DNA of 64,000 nucleotides from positions 1,984,001-2,048,000 of the forward strand of contig OY762463.1 in the NCBI GenBank assembly GCA_963665815.1, given 5' to 3'. This DNA comes from Candidatus Cloacimonadales bacterium (GTDB lineage: Bacteria > Cloacimonadota > Cloacimonadia > Cloacimonadales > JAIOQZ01). A program made the position numbers and the translations under genes. The notes beneath the pieces were generated by a model, which was not told where the DNA came from, made no database searches, and saw nothing but the letters and a program-made list of their open reading frames with translations. Positions within the stretch are counted from its first letter, which is position 1. The number at the start of each line of letters is the position of its first letter. Positions 30,257 to 40,316 of the stretch are shown here, piece by piece.

Positions 30257-30430
30257 TTAATTTTATTTTCATATATCAAGAGATATTCCATTGGTAATAT
30301 CATAACAAAGAAAAGCTGTCAAACCAGTGTATCAGCAGCTTTACGAGAAATTGATGGTTTTAAAGATATTTCTCATAAAGTATTGCCAGCTAGTCTGGGA
30401 AGACAATTATCCAAAAAAGAAGGAGTGTAA
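30257..30430 (+). pseudogene. Probable toxin C-terminal remnant (no start)
   Basis: Frame reads RYSIGNIITKKSCQTSVSAALREIDGFKDISHKVLPASLGRQLSKKEGV*, abutting the next ORF. Confidence 0.45.
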
Positions 30431-30431
30431 A

Positions 30432-30884
30432 TTGAAGAATATGTTCTCTTTAAACAAGATCAAAATTAAATACTGTGAATTTAAAAAATATGTTGCTTTT
30501 AACTTGATATATGCAATAATTGCAAGTGTAGCATATATAAAATACAGAATAGATTTAATTGATTTCAACCTTTATGATCTGGCAGCATTTCTGATAGTAT
30601 TTTCGATTATGTCATTTGTTCTATCTCCAGCAAATTTCCTGATATGCAAATTTCCTAGTAAAAAAGGAATAGTTATTTTGCAATTAATTTTTGCTTCTTT
30701 GTATTCATTAACTTTATTTTCCATCATCTGTTATGAAAGCGAAAATCTTGATATTAGTTTCATTTATATACTAAAAAGATTTTGGAGAGATTATCTGGAT
30801 TTCTTCAAATTCTCATTGCTTTACTCTGCAGGATGGGATTTTTTTATGTGTCACAAATTCAGAAAAAAAAGGATAGTGTTCTAA
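30432..30884 (+). CDS. Membrane protein, putative orphan immunity
   Basis: AGGAG then TTG start at 30432; 3-4 hydrophobic segments; lies before the shared terminator. Confidence 0.55.
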   Translation: MKNMFSLNKIKIKYCEFKKYVAFNLIYAIIASVAYIKYRIDLIDFNLYDLAAFLIVFSIMSFVLSPANFLICKFPSKKGIVILQLIFASLYSLTLFSIICYESENLDISFIYILKRFWRDYLDFFKFSLLYSAGWDFFMCHKFRKKRIVF

Positions 30885-31658
30885 TATGCGTATATTCAAG
30901 AATTTAGCTATGTGAGAAACATAATTAGGAAATGAATAATATTCAGCTACAAGCCAGAAACTCGTTTTCTGGCTTTTTCTGTCTGAACCTTGATTTTCAT
31001 GATTGAAGGATTGCTTTGGAATAAGCCCTTGCGCATGGCTGAAAGCCTCCGCAATGGTGGATTTAAACCAGGGAAAATGGGGGAAATAAATGCGGTTTCA
31101 CCACCCCGTCTTCGATTTTAAATCGAATTAACACCGCCAGCGGATGGAAATTGACGCTATTGCGTTGTTTGTAGGGAACAATAATCATTGTTCCGGATTT
31201 TAAACCCTCTGTCTCGCACGCTCGACATCTCCCCGTAGATGTTTTCGAAGAAATACATCCAGAGAAAGACGAGGGAGAACCAATAACCTGTGTAGTCCTG
31301 CTATGCGTAGAGACAACCGGACGGTTGTCTATGATTGGAATGTGTTCTACACACCTCCCGCCTTCTGCATACTCCCGTAGTGTTTAACCTGAATTGTCAG
31401 GTAAAGTAACAGAATTCCGTGCAGAACGTGCAGTATTATTTTGGAATTTCTTCCATGTAGAGTAGAAACAAATAAACATTAGAAAGGCGAAGATATTAAA
31501 TACAATAAGATCATTTCAGCACTGAAAGAAAATCAATCCCGATATGCAATCTGTATAAACTCACTTCCACAAAATCGGTCTTAACCATTAAAAAATTGAA
31601 ATATTGACATCAGAATCCGGTTTTATATGTTGGAAGAAAAATTATTCAGGAATAAAAT

Positions 31659-34600
31659 ATGATTGGATTACATAAAAAAATTTACATGTCTTTGTTGATA
31701 ATAGTGTTAGTTACCGGTTTATTTGCGTCTGTTAACGATAAATATAAATTCGGGCTTCAGATGTTTAAGGATGCCCTCTATGAAGAAGCTATACTCGAGT
31801 TTGAGAAGATTATTGAAGAAGCTCCAACTTCCACTGAAGCACAACAATCACTATTCTATATAGGTGAATCTTACCGTTTAAGAGAAGACTTTGTCAAAGC
31901 AGAAATATATTACAAGAAACTGCTTGATGGTTATCCCTCTAACTCCGGTAGAGACCGAACTCTATTTTACTATGGTAATGTCCTTTCTGCACAGAAGAAA
32001 TATTCCACTGCACAGGGAGTATATTCGGAACTTGTAGAGAAATACCCAATGTCCGAGTTCACAAAGAAATCCTTGTTATTCCTGTTAGAGAGCTTCTATT
32101 ATGATGAAAAGTACAACGAAGTAATCCTTATGTCACTAGATCTTGAAAAAAACTATGCTGACAATAAAGCAATTGCAGATGTACTCCTCATGAAAGCGAA
32201 AGCATACTTCATGAACAATTCACCGAATGAAGGACAGGCTACACTCGAGAATCTGATTAAAAGTCACAAAAATTCAGATACTCATTGGGATGCGATTCTA
32301 TTCCAAGTGCAAAGAATCAAAGTTAAATCAGGAAATGTTGCGGCTGCAGATAAACTCAGTTCTTATATGTCCGGTTCAATTCCAAGAAAATATCAGGAAA
32401 TTTTCGGTAAGGAACTCGCAGATCTCTATATAGAAATCCATGAGTACGATAAAGCACACACTCAGTTAATGGCAATGATCACCAAGTTTGATAATTCTGA
32501 CAGATTCCCGGAATACCTCAGAAATCTGTTCCTCGTTAAAAACAACCTTAAGAAATATCAGGAAGTTGTCACTCTGGCAGGTAAGACAGACAAAATCATA
32601 GAGCACTCCAAATTAAAAACTGAGCTTCTGCTTGAACTTGCTAAAGCTGAATTTAATCTTAAAAAATTCAAGGATGCCGAAAATACTATCGTTGAAATCA
32701 TAGCATCTGAACCTAATGAAGCTGTGTTAATTGAAACAAAGCTTCTTTCAGCTGAAATAGACGAAGGAAAAAGGTTCCTGAACAAGGCTATAGACAAGTA
32801 TCTTGCGTTATTGAATAAGGATAACTTCGATCGTAAAGACAAAGTTATCTATACAATAGCAAATATTTATTTTAACGATTTATCACAATACAGAACAGCG
32901 TTAAAATACTACCAGCTGATATCCACAAACTATTCGAGTTCACAATATAATGCTTCTGCATATTTCCAGATAGCTCTCTGTTATGAGTATCTCGGAGAAT
33001 ACGATCTGGCACTGGCATCTCTACAGTCTATTCCCATGGAAACAGTTAATGATAAACAATTCAGGGAAAAGGTGTCTAACAAAATGGAGTATATAAGGAA
33101 TTTCCATATAGTAGATTATAAGAAAGCATTCACAAAACTTCTCATATCAATGAATGATTATGTTACAACAAACGATAAAATCGCTTTGAAAAAGGGTATG
33201 GCAGAAGTAATGTCACAGCATCTCAAGGATTTTGACAGTGCTGTAAGCATTACTGACGGAGAATCAGACGAACAGTTATTCTATGTAACAGCAAAGACTT
33301 TCCTTAAGGCTGCCGAAAAGGCTAAATGGGAAAAGAATCAAAAGGTATTTGCTGAAAATGTTGCAGGTGCTCTTGCTCAAATCAACAAAATGAAAGAGTC
33401 TGCAGAGACTACAGAACTTAATCTCTATGCAGATCTTCTCAGAGCGGATAATCCTGCAATGGTAATTCCATCAATAGAACAGTTTGTGAAGAACAATCCG
33501 GATTATTCACGAGTAAACAACTATCTATACAGGTTAATCAGATATTATGACTCATCAGATAATATTGAAAAAGAAGCTGAATATCTCAATCTTCTCAAAC
33601 AAGATGATTCAATTGCCGATGCGGATTATATGAACGCTAAAATCAAGCTTGCAGAGTATTATTACGGTAAAAACGATTTTGCCAACGCTCTCGTTAACTA
33701 CGAAGCTACTTCCGCATTGATCTCACTTTCCAGACCTTCCGTGCTTTACCATTACACAATAGCACTCAACAAGGCAGGGAATAAAACAAAATCCATGGAT
33801 AAATTAGTATTCCTTCTTAACAATGCCGGTGGTTTCCCGGAGTACTCAGAAGCTGTGAATACTTTGACAGGCTATTATATAGAATCGAGTGAATTCAAAA
33901 AAGCCCTGAACTACTATCAGCAGATTCCTGAAAACGAAAGAAATGATGCGTACTACAGAAGACTCTACACAATATATTCAGGACTGAATAATATAGAGGA
34001 ATCCAAACGTGCACTCCTGACTGTTCAGGATAAGAATTTCGACGAACTGGCTTCTGTTGCTGAGCTTCACATAAAAACACATGATTACTCACTCGCAGAG
34101 TATACATACAAACAGCTTATAGAGAAAGATCCGGGCAATAAATTTGCATACAGACTGGCGATTGCGAATCTGGCATACGACCAGGAAGACTACAGCAAAT
34201 CAATTGAGTATTTCAAGAAAGTCACAAATGAATACATAATGGGACAAGCAAACAAGAAAGAATTGGCTAAGAAGAATATTATATCATACTATCATATTGA
34301 TAATAGACCTAAAGCAGAAGAAATTCTTAAAAAGATGAAACCTATAATAGGTGAAGATCCTGATATTCAGGCAGAGATTAAAATACACGAAGCAATCTAC
34401 TATTCAAAAATAGATATCAAGAAAGCACGCAAGATAGTTGGTAAAGTTATTAAGAATAAAAAAATAGCCGGAACAATTGTCAATACAGCTCATTTCTGGC
34501 GTGGAACATTCCTGCTCAAAGAGAAAAATTCTGAAGATGCAATAAAAGATTTTTCTGTGGTGCTGAATTCTTCGAATAAAGCACTGGTAAATCAGGCTAA

Positions 34601-35186
34601 TCTGAAACTGGGAACATTATATTTTTCTCAGGAGAAATATGAACAGGCTCTGGATCATTATTTCAAGGTTATTAACGGAGACGAAACAGGTAAACTTGCA
34701 CTTGATGCCGCCCGGAATTTTGCATTTGTCTGTAAGACAATCGAAGAATGGGATAAGGCTATTTCAGCCTATGAACTGATTATGGATAAATGGGGTGACA
34801 AAGAATTGGAGTCCGATGCTGTCTTTAATATTGCATACTGTTATTATCGGGATAAGAGCTACCCTAAAGCTGTTTCCATGTTCGAGAAAGCTCTGCAGTT
34901 GATTGACTCTGAAGAACTGAAAGCAGAATCGCAGTATTGGATTGGTGAATCCTACATGGGAATGTACATGTATAATGAAGCTGTCACAGCATTTCTCAAG
35001 GTCAGCTATAACTACCCTGACCAGACAAGATGGTCTGCTACTTCCGAGCTTCAGGCTGCCGAGGCATATATTAAGCTGAAGAAATACGAAAGAGCTTTAA
35101 CACGTTTGAAATCAATAATAGCCAAGTACGGTGCCGGTAGTAACTGGGGAAAAATAGCTCAGGAAAAGATCAGTATAATTCAGTAG
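31659..35186 (+). CDS. Large secreted tetratricopeptide-repeat protein
   Basis: Signal peptide and many TPR-like helical repeats (e.g. AESQYWIGESY). Confidence 0.85.
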   Translation: MIGLHKKIYMSLLIIVLVTGLFASVNDKYKFGLQMFKDALYEEAILEFEKIIEEAPTSTEAQQSLFYIGESYRLREDFVKAEIYYKKLLDGYPSNSGRDRTLFYYGNVLSAQKKYSTAQGVYSELVEKYPMSEFTKKSLLFLLESFYYDEKYNEVILMSLDLEKNYADNKAIADVLLMKAKAYFMNNSPNEGQATLENLIKSHKNSDTHWDAILFQVQRIKVKSGNVAAADKLSSYMSGSIPRKYQEIFGKELADLYIEIHEYDKAHTQLMAMITKFDNSDRFPEYLRNLFLVKNNLKKYQEVVTLAGKTDKIIEHSKLKTELLLELAKAEFNLKKFKDAENTIVEIIASEPNEAVLIETKLLSAEIDEGKRFLNKAIDKYLALLNKDNFDRKDKVIYTIANIYFNDLSQYRTALKYYQLISTNYSSSQYNASAYFQIALCYEYLGEYDLALASLQSIPMETVNDKQFREKVSNKMEYIRNFHIVDYKKAFTKLLISMNDYVTTNDKIALKKGMAEVMSQHLKDFDSAVSITDGESDEQLFYVTAKTFLKAAEKAKWEKNQKVFAENVAGALAQINKMKESAETTELNLYADLLRADNPAMVIPSIEQFVKNNPDYSRVNNYLYRLIRYYDSSDNIEKEAEYLNLLKQDDSIADADYMNAKIKLAEYYYGKNDFANALVNYEATSALISLSRPSVLYHYTIALNKAGNKTKSMDKLVFLLNNAGGFPEYSEAVNTLTGYYIESSEFKKALNYYQQIPENERNDAYYRRLYTIYSGLNNIEESKRALLTVQDKNFDELASVAELHIKTHDYSLAEYTYKQLIEKDPGNKFAYRLAIANLAYDQEDYSKSIEYFKKVTNEYIMGQANKKELAKKNIISYYHIDNRPKAEEILKKMKPIIGEDPDIQAEIKIHEAIYYSKIDIKKARKIVGKVIKNKKIAGTIVNTAHFWRGTFLLKEKNSEDAIKDFSVVLNSSNKALVNQANLKLGTLYFSQEKYEQALDHYFKVINGDETGKLALDAARNFAFVCKTIEEWDKAISAYELIMDKWGDKELESDAVFNIAYCYYRDKSYPKAVSMFEKALQLIDSEELKAESQYWIGESYMGMYMYNEAVTAFLKVSYNYPDQTRWSATSELQAAEAYIKLKKYERALTRLKSIIAKYGAGSNWGKIAQEKISIIQ

Positions 35187-35251
35187 TTTTCATTTTCTTG
35201 GATTTTACAAACTTAACTTGTAAAAAAATAAGGACTTGATTGTTTCCCTGA

Positions 35252-35454
35252 CAGACTGTGTAAAAACGCAGGCTACACCTTATTCTATACTCTATTAGAA
35301 TTTATGTCGCATATTTTCCCGATTCTTCGGGACTCATTCAACTTAAGTTACTGACATATTTAACTTTGCAAGCTCCCTGAGCCCCGATGAAGTCGGGAAA
35401 GGGAATAAGGTTTGAAACAAAGGGACGACAAAATTTACGTTCTTACACAGCCTG
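35252..35454. mobile_element. MITE family A, copy 2
   Basis: (TGA)CAGACTGTGTAAAAACG ... CGTTCTTACACAGCCTG(TCA); internal CCTGAG.CCCGAT.AAGTCGG.AAAGGGAATA shared with copy 1. Confidence 0.8.
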
Positions 35455-35758
35455 TCATTCAACTTATCTTTTAGCTCGGAAATGAGTTTCAGGTATTCCA
35501 GTGGTATACTTTTTTGAGTCGAGTCATTTTTTTTGAATTGATCATTAATCCCGATCGTTATAAAGGTGGATAATGAACTCACTAAGCAGTAAATAATTTT
35601 TGTGAAATAAGATTGACATTTCTTTTGAGTTATTATCATATTAAAATGGTTGAAAATCTGATTAATTGTACATTAATCATCTCGAAATTCCTGCATCGTC
35701 TGTAGAAGTTACGAATCACGTCCATGCAGGATTTCATCATTTTATTCTGGAGTAAAGT

Positions 35759-37132
35759 ATGAACACAAAACTTGGTACAGTCCTTATTGTTGATGATAAT
35801 GAAGACATCCTTTTCTCACTGGAACTGCTTCTTAAAACATCTGCCGAAAAAATAATCACCTTGAATAAACCTGATAGAATTATTAATATATTAAAGAATG
35901 AAACCATAGATGTAATCCTGCTGGATATGAATTTCAACGATGATACTATCAGCGGAAAAGAAGGTTTTTACTGGCTTGAAAAAATTCTGGAACAGGATTC
36001 TGAAGCAGTAGTGCTGTTCATAACAGCTTATGGAGGAGTGGATCAGGCTGTTAAAGCTGTTCATGCCGGGGCAACGGACTTTGTTCTCAAACCCTGGAAG
36101 AACGAAAAACTGATGACAACTATTGAATCTGCCAGTAAACTACGCAAAACACGTCGGGAAGCTCGACAGCTTAAAGAAAAGCAATCAGAACTGATCAATG
36201 TTACCAACAGTTCATTCCACGATCTTATAGGTATATCCAATGAAATGAACACTGTCTTTTCCACTATAAAGAAAGTAGCGAAAACCGATGCTAATATTCT
36301 TATTCTTGGAGAAAACGGTACAGGAAAAGAACTTGTTGCCAGAGCACTGCATAAAGCATCCGAAAGGTCTGACCAGATTTTTGTAAATGTTGATTTGGGA
36401 GCTATAAGCGAAACACTTTTCGAAAGTGAGTTATTTGGGCATGTGAAGGGCGCATTTACTGATGCCAAAAAAGACAGAATCGGTCGATTTGAACTTGCAT
36501 CTGAAGGAACGATATTTCTGGATGAGATTGGCAATCTTTCATTACCGCTTCAATCAAAACTTCTGCATGTCCTTGAGAATGGTAAAATTGTCAGGGTAGG
36601 TTCTAACAGGCAGATACCGGTCAATGTGAGATTCATCTGTGCAACAAACATGCCTTTATATAAAATGGTTCAGGAAAACACATTCCGTCAGGATCTTCTC
36701 TACAGAATCAATACTGTGGAAGTAAATTTACCTCCCCTGAGAGAACGCAGAGAAGATATAAAGCTTCTCGCTGATCATTTCCTGCAGCAGTTCGCAAAGA
36801 AATACAAAAAAAACATACGAAAAGTAAGTAAAAAAGCTATTCATGTTCTGGAAGAATACTCCTGGCCGGGAAACATCAGGGAACTGAGGCACTCAATTGA
36901 AAGAGCTGTAATTCTAAGTGATTCCGATCAGCTTAATGAAACTGATTTCCATCTGACACACGCTGTCGAATCCATAGATAACCATATTATGAGTTACAAT
37001 CTGGAAGAAGTGGAAAAGCAGACGATAAAGAAAGTAATCCGTAAGTATAAGGGAAATGTAACCAAAGCTGCCAAAGAACTTGGACTGACCAGAACATCTC
37101 TTTACAGAAGACTCGAAAAATACGGATTGTAA
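35759..37132 (+). CDS. Sigma54-dependent NtrC-family response regulator
   Basis: Receiver domain; GENGTGKE, ESELFGH.KGAFTDA and WPGNIREL motifs; Fis-type HTH. Confidence 0.93.
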   Translation: MNTKLGTVLIVDDNEDILFSLELLLKTSAEKIITLNKPDRIINILKNETIDVILLDMNFNDDTISGKEGFYWLEKILEQDSEAVVLFITAYGGVDQAVKAVHAGATDFVLKPWKNEKLMTTIESASKLRKTRREARQLKEKQSELINVTNSSFHDLIGISNEMNTVFSTIKKVAKTDANILILGENGTGKELVARALHKASERSDQIFVNVDLGAISETLFESELFGHVKGAFTDAKKDRIGRFELASEGTIFLDEIGNLSLPLQSKLLHVLENGKIVRVGSNRQIPVNVRFICATNMPLYKMVQENTFRQDLLYRINTVEVNLPPLRERREDIKLLADHFLQQFAKKYKKNIRKVSKKAIHVLEEYSWPGNIRELRHSIERAVILSDSDQLNETDFHLTHAVESIDNHIMSYNLEEVEKQTIKKVIRKYKGNVTKAAKELGLTRTSLYRRLEKYGL

Positions 37133-37133
37133 T

Positions 37134-38489
37134 ATGCTGAATCATTCTTTCAGACTGAAGTGTATACTGAGATGTGTACTTCTCTTTGCATCAATTATGC
37201 TGATATTCCATCTGCATTACAGTACATCCCTTATATATACCAAGCTGCTTCTTTCCCTTGTGATCATTTTTCAGGTAATAGACCTTATTCATTTCGTGGA
37301 ACGTACAAATTATATTGTTTCAACTTTCCTGCAATCCATAAAGTACTCCGAATTCCGACAGTCTTTTGAAGTAGCAGATCTGGGAATATCTTTTCAGGGA
37401 CTCAAAGAAGCATTCAATAATGTTATTGTGGATTTCCAGAAGATGCGATCAGAGTCTTCGGAACATTACCAGTATCTCCAGAATGTAATACAGCATATTG
37501 GTATCGGACTGATTGCTTTCAGACATGATGGAAAAATAGAATTCATGAACAAAGCTGCTCAAAAGCTTTTCAAGCTCAAAGATCTGACTTATATTCAGAA
37601 ACTAAGTATCATTAGCAAAGATTTACCGGGAATTCTCTTCAAGATGAAGTCAGGAGAGAAAATCCTGATTAAGGCTGTTGATAAGCACAGAGAGCTTCAA
37701 CTCAGTTTAAATGCTACCGAATTCAAGCTTAGCGACAGATTCATTACGATTGTCAGCTTTCAGAATATAGGCAGCGAACTCGAAGAAAAAGAGCTTGAAG
37801 CCTGGCAGAAACTTATCCGTGTTATGACACATGAAATCATGAACTCAATCACTCCAATATCATCTCTTACGTCTACCGTAGATACTATGCTTGGAGGAAT
37901 TGCAGATCAGTGCAGTACAGAAAAAAACGCTGTATGCTCCCAGATATCTGACATACAGAGAGCAGTTAAAACTATCCAGAAAAGATCTGAAGGCTTAACT
38001 CATTTCGTGCAGTCATACAGAAATCTTACACATATCCCTGAGCCTAAATTTTCTAATGTATCAATCAATGAGTTGTTCAACAGAGTTATCCTGCTTATGC
38101 AGAATGAGCTGAGAAATGCCGGAATTGCAATAGCCGGACAATGCGATCCTGAAACTCTGGAAATTACAGCAGATGATGAATTAATAGAACAAGTTCTGAT
38201 AAACCTGATAAAGAATAGTATTAATGCTCTTTCCGGCAGAAGAAACGGTAATATAAACCTCTCAGCATTTCTGGCTGAAAACGGTATTGTTCAAATTAAC
38301 GTAACTGATAATGGAACAGGTATTCTGCCAGAGATTCAGGAAAAGATTTTTATCCCGTTTTTTACAACTCGTCAGCAGGGTTCAGGAATCGGTCTCAGCC
38401 TCACAAGACAGATTATGAAGCTGCATGGCGGAGCTATCAAAGTTAACTCTGAACAAAATGAAGGCACAACTTTCTCATTACTTTTCTAA
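37134..38489 (+). CDS. Sensor histidine kinase
   Basis: THEIMNS H-box; NLIKN, DNGTG, PFFTT and GSGIGL motifs. Confidence 0.92.
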   Translation: MLNHSFRLKCILRCVLLFASIMLIFHLHYSTSLIYTKLLLSLVIIFQVIDLIHFVERTNYIVSTFLQSIKYSEFRQSFEVADLGISFQGLKEAFNNVIVDFQKMRSESSEHYQYLQNVIQHIGIGLIAFRHDGKIEFMNKAAQKLFKLKDLTYIQKLSIISKDLPGILFKMKSGEKILIKAVDKHRELQLSLNATEFKLSDRFITIVSFQNIGSELEEKELEAWQKLIRVMTHEIMNSITPISSLTSTVDTMLGGIADQCSTEKNAVCSQISDIQRAVKTIQKRSEGLTHFVQSYRNLTHIPEPKFSNVSINELFNRVILLMQNELRNAGIAIAGQCDPETLEITADDELIEQVLINLIKNSINALSGRRNGNINLSAFLAENGIVQINVTDNGTGILPEIQEKIFIPFFTTRQQGSGIGLSLTRQIMKLHGGAIKVNSEQNEGTTFSLLF

Positions 38490-38534
38490 TCTTCTTTAAT
38501 CCATATATATCTTTTTTAACAAAATCAAAAAAAA

Positions 38535-38560
38535 TGAACAATATCCTTTCTGAATCGTTT
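38535..38560 (+). promoter_or_regulatory. Putative ECF-sigma promoter
   Basis: TGAAC-N16-CGTT upstream of an operon that contains an ECF sigma gene. Confidence 0.55.
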
Positions 38561-38634
38561 TAAAGATAAAAGAAGATATTTTGCGACATCATGAAATCCA
38601 GATTTCATGATGCAAGGTTATCAAGGAGTAAAAA

Positions 38635-39771
38635 ATGAAAAGAATATTATTAATCATCTGTCTCGTTATTTTTGCTGTAGTACAGCTGTCAAGTGCAGAG
38701 CTTCAGACTGTCAGATCAATGAGAAGAGTTTCTTTCAGTGGAGAGGAGTACATTAATCTATCGAAGTCCTGGCAGGAAAAATGTGTTGAGGAACCCGGCA
38801 ATCTTGAGAACTGGATCAATCTTTTTTTTGCTGTGAAATACTCGAAATTCGATAAAAAAACAGGAGTCTTCGGTAAAGACAAAGACACAAATCTGAAATA
38901 TGTCACTAAAGGTATAAAAAGAAATTTCGGAGAAAATTACTTTTACTGGTACACTGTAGGGGAAACAACAAAATATCCGGATAATATTGATGCTCTGAAA
39001 AAATCCTTTAATCTAAATAAACAGTTTGATGAAACAATTGTTTCCATGTTGACCTGGTACATTAGACAGAACGACGACAAAAGGGTGAAAGAGTTCTGCC
39101 AGAGACTCTATGATATCAGAAGCTATCCGGATTACTTTCTGCACATGGGCTATAACTATCTTGTTGGTACAGAAAAAAATGCAATTGTTTTTACAAATGG
39201 CGACAATGATACATTTCCACTATGGCTGCTTCAGTATGTGAAGGGCATAAGGCAGGATGTAACTGTACTTAACGTAAGTTTAAGCTATGATCAGGATTAT
39301 CTCGAAGACTTCCTGCAATCAAGAGGGATAGACTGGAAAAAGAAGAAAAATTATCAGTTTAAAGATTTGTTAGATTACCTTGTGAAAAATCAAAAAGACA
39401 AAGCATTATACTTTGGGATCACAGTTGCTCCATCCTATAAAGAAGGCTTTAGTGAAAAGCTGTATAGTGAAGGTTTTCTGGAAAAATACAGTGAAAACAA
39501 ATATGATAACTTCGCTGTATTCATTAATAACATGGAAAATAAGTATCTGTTTGATCACCTTAAAATGAACTATTATGAAGAAGATATACTTGAAAGAGAG
39601 CTTATCGATAAAAGAATGAACATGAATTATCTGGCTTTAGCTGCCAAGCTGTATGAACATTATAAAAAATCAGGTAACTCAGGGCTTGCAGATAAATGGA
39701 AAAGACTTAGTATCTCTCTGGCGGAGAAAACCGGCAGGAAGAACATTGTTGAACTTATAAAAAAGCAGTAA
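38635..39771 (+). CDS. Secreted protein resembling the soluble C-terminal part of DUF2723/TMEM260-like proteins
   Basis: Signal peptide; NAIVFTNGDNDTFPLWLLQ...RQDVTVLN motif. Confidence 0.6.
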   Translation: MKRILLIICLVIFAVVQLSSAELQTVRSMRRVSFSGEEYINLSKSWQEKCVEEPGNLENWINLFFAVKYSKFDKKTGVFGKDKDTNLKYVTKGIKRNFGENYFYWYTVGETTKYPDNIDALKKSFNLNKQFDETIVSMLTWYIRQNDDKRVKEFCQRLYDIRSYPDYFLHMGYNYLVGTEKNAIVFTNGDNDTFPLWLLQYVKGIRQDVTVLNVSLSYDQDYLEDFLQSRGIDWKKKKNYQFKDLLDYLVKNQKDKALYFGITVAPSYKEGFSEKLYSEGFLEKYSENKYDNFAVFINNMENKYLFDHLKMNYYEEDILERELIDKRMNMNYLALAAKLYEHYKKSGNSGLADKWKRLSISLAEKTGRKNIVELIKKQ

Positions 39772-40316
39772 TGAAAGATTATTCCGATGAAAAGCTCGTT
39801 CAGCTTTTGAGTTACAGAGATAATGAAGCGTTAAATGAGCTGTATTTACGATACAGCTCAATGATGTTTTCTTTTTTTCTCAGCATGTCAAAGTCGAGAG
39901 AACTGGCAGAAGATCTGACTCAAGATATTTTTATCAAACTTATTGATAAAGCAGACAGATACAAACAGAAAATTTCTTTCAAATCATGGCTATTCAGAAT
40001 GGCAAGGAACATGTATCTCGATAAATACAGATTTTTCAAGATGGAGATGCGAAAACTTGATATTGTGAAGCATAAATCTGATAAGATTGATAATGAGACA
40101 GATGATATCAGACATATTGTGATAAAGCATCTGGATTGTCTTAAACCTAAGAAAAGAATGTGCTTTGTTATGCGGTATCTTCATGACTTCTCTATCTCGG
40201 AAATTGGCGAGATAATGAAATGTTCTGAAGGAACAGTGCGTTCAAGACTGCATTATGCAAAAGAAGAGTTGAAGAAAAAAATTGGTAGCAATATTGGAGA
40301 TTACTATGAAAGATAA
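39771..40316 (+). CDS. ECF RNA polymerase sigma factor
   Basis: AEDLTQDIF, FKSWLFRMARN and SEGTVRSRLHYA motifs. Confidence 0.9.
   Translation: MKDYSDEKLVQLLSYRDNEALNELYLRYSSMMFSFFLSMSKSRELAEDLTQDIFIKLIDKADRYKQKISFKSWLFRMARNMYLDKYRFFKMEMRKLDIVKHKSDKIDNETDDIRHIVIKHLDCLKPKKRMCFVMRYLHDFSISEIGEIMKCSEGTVRSRLHYAKEELKKKIGSNIGDYYER

Noticed and set aside
23920-31400. CRISPR array
   Set aside because: Repeats are heterogeneous palindromes about 2 kb apart, not identical repeats with uniform spacers.
23920-31400. Classical integron
   Set aside because: No intI gene and no canonical attC core sites seen; the resemblance is architectural only.
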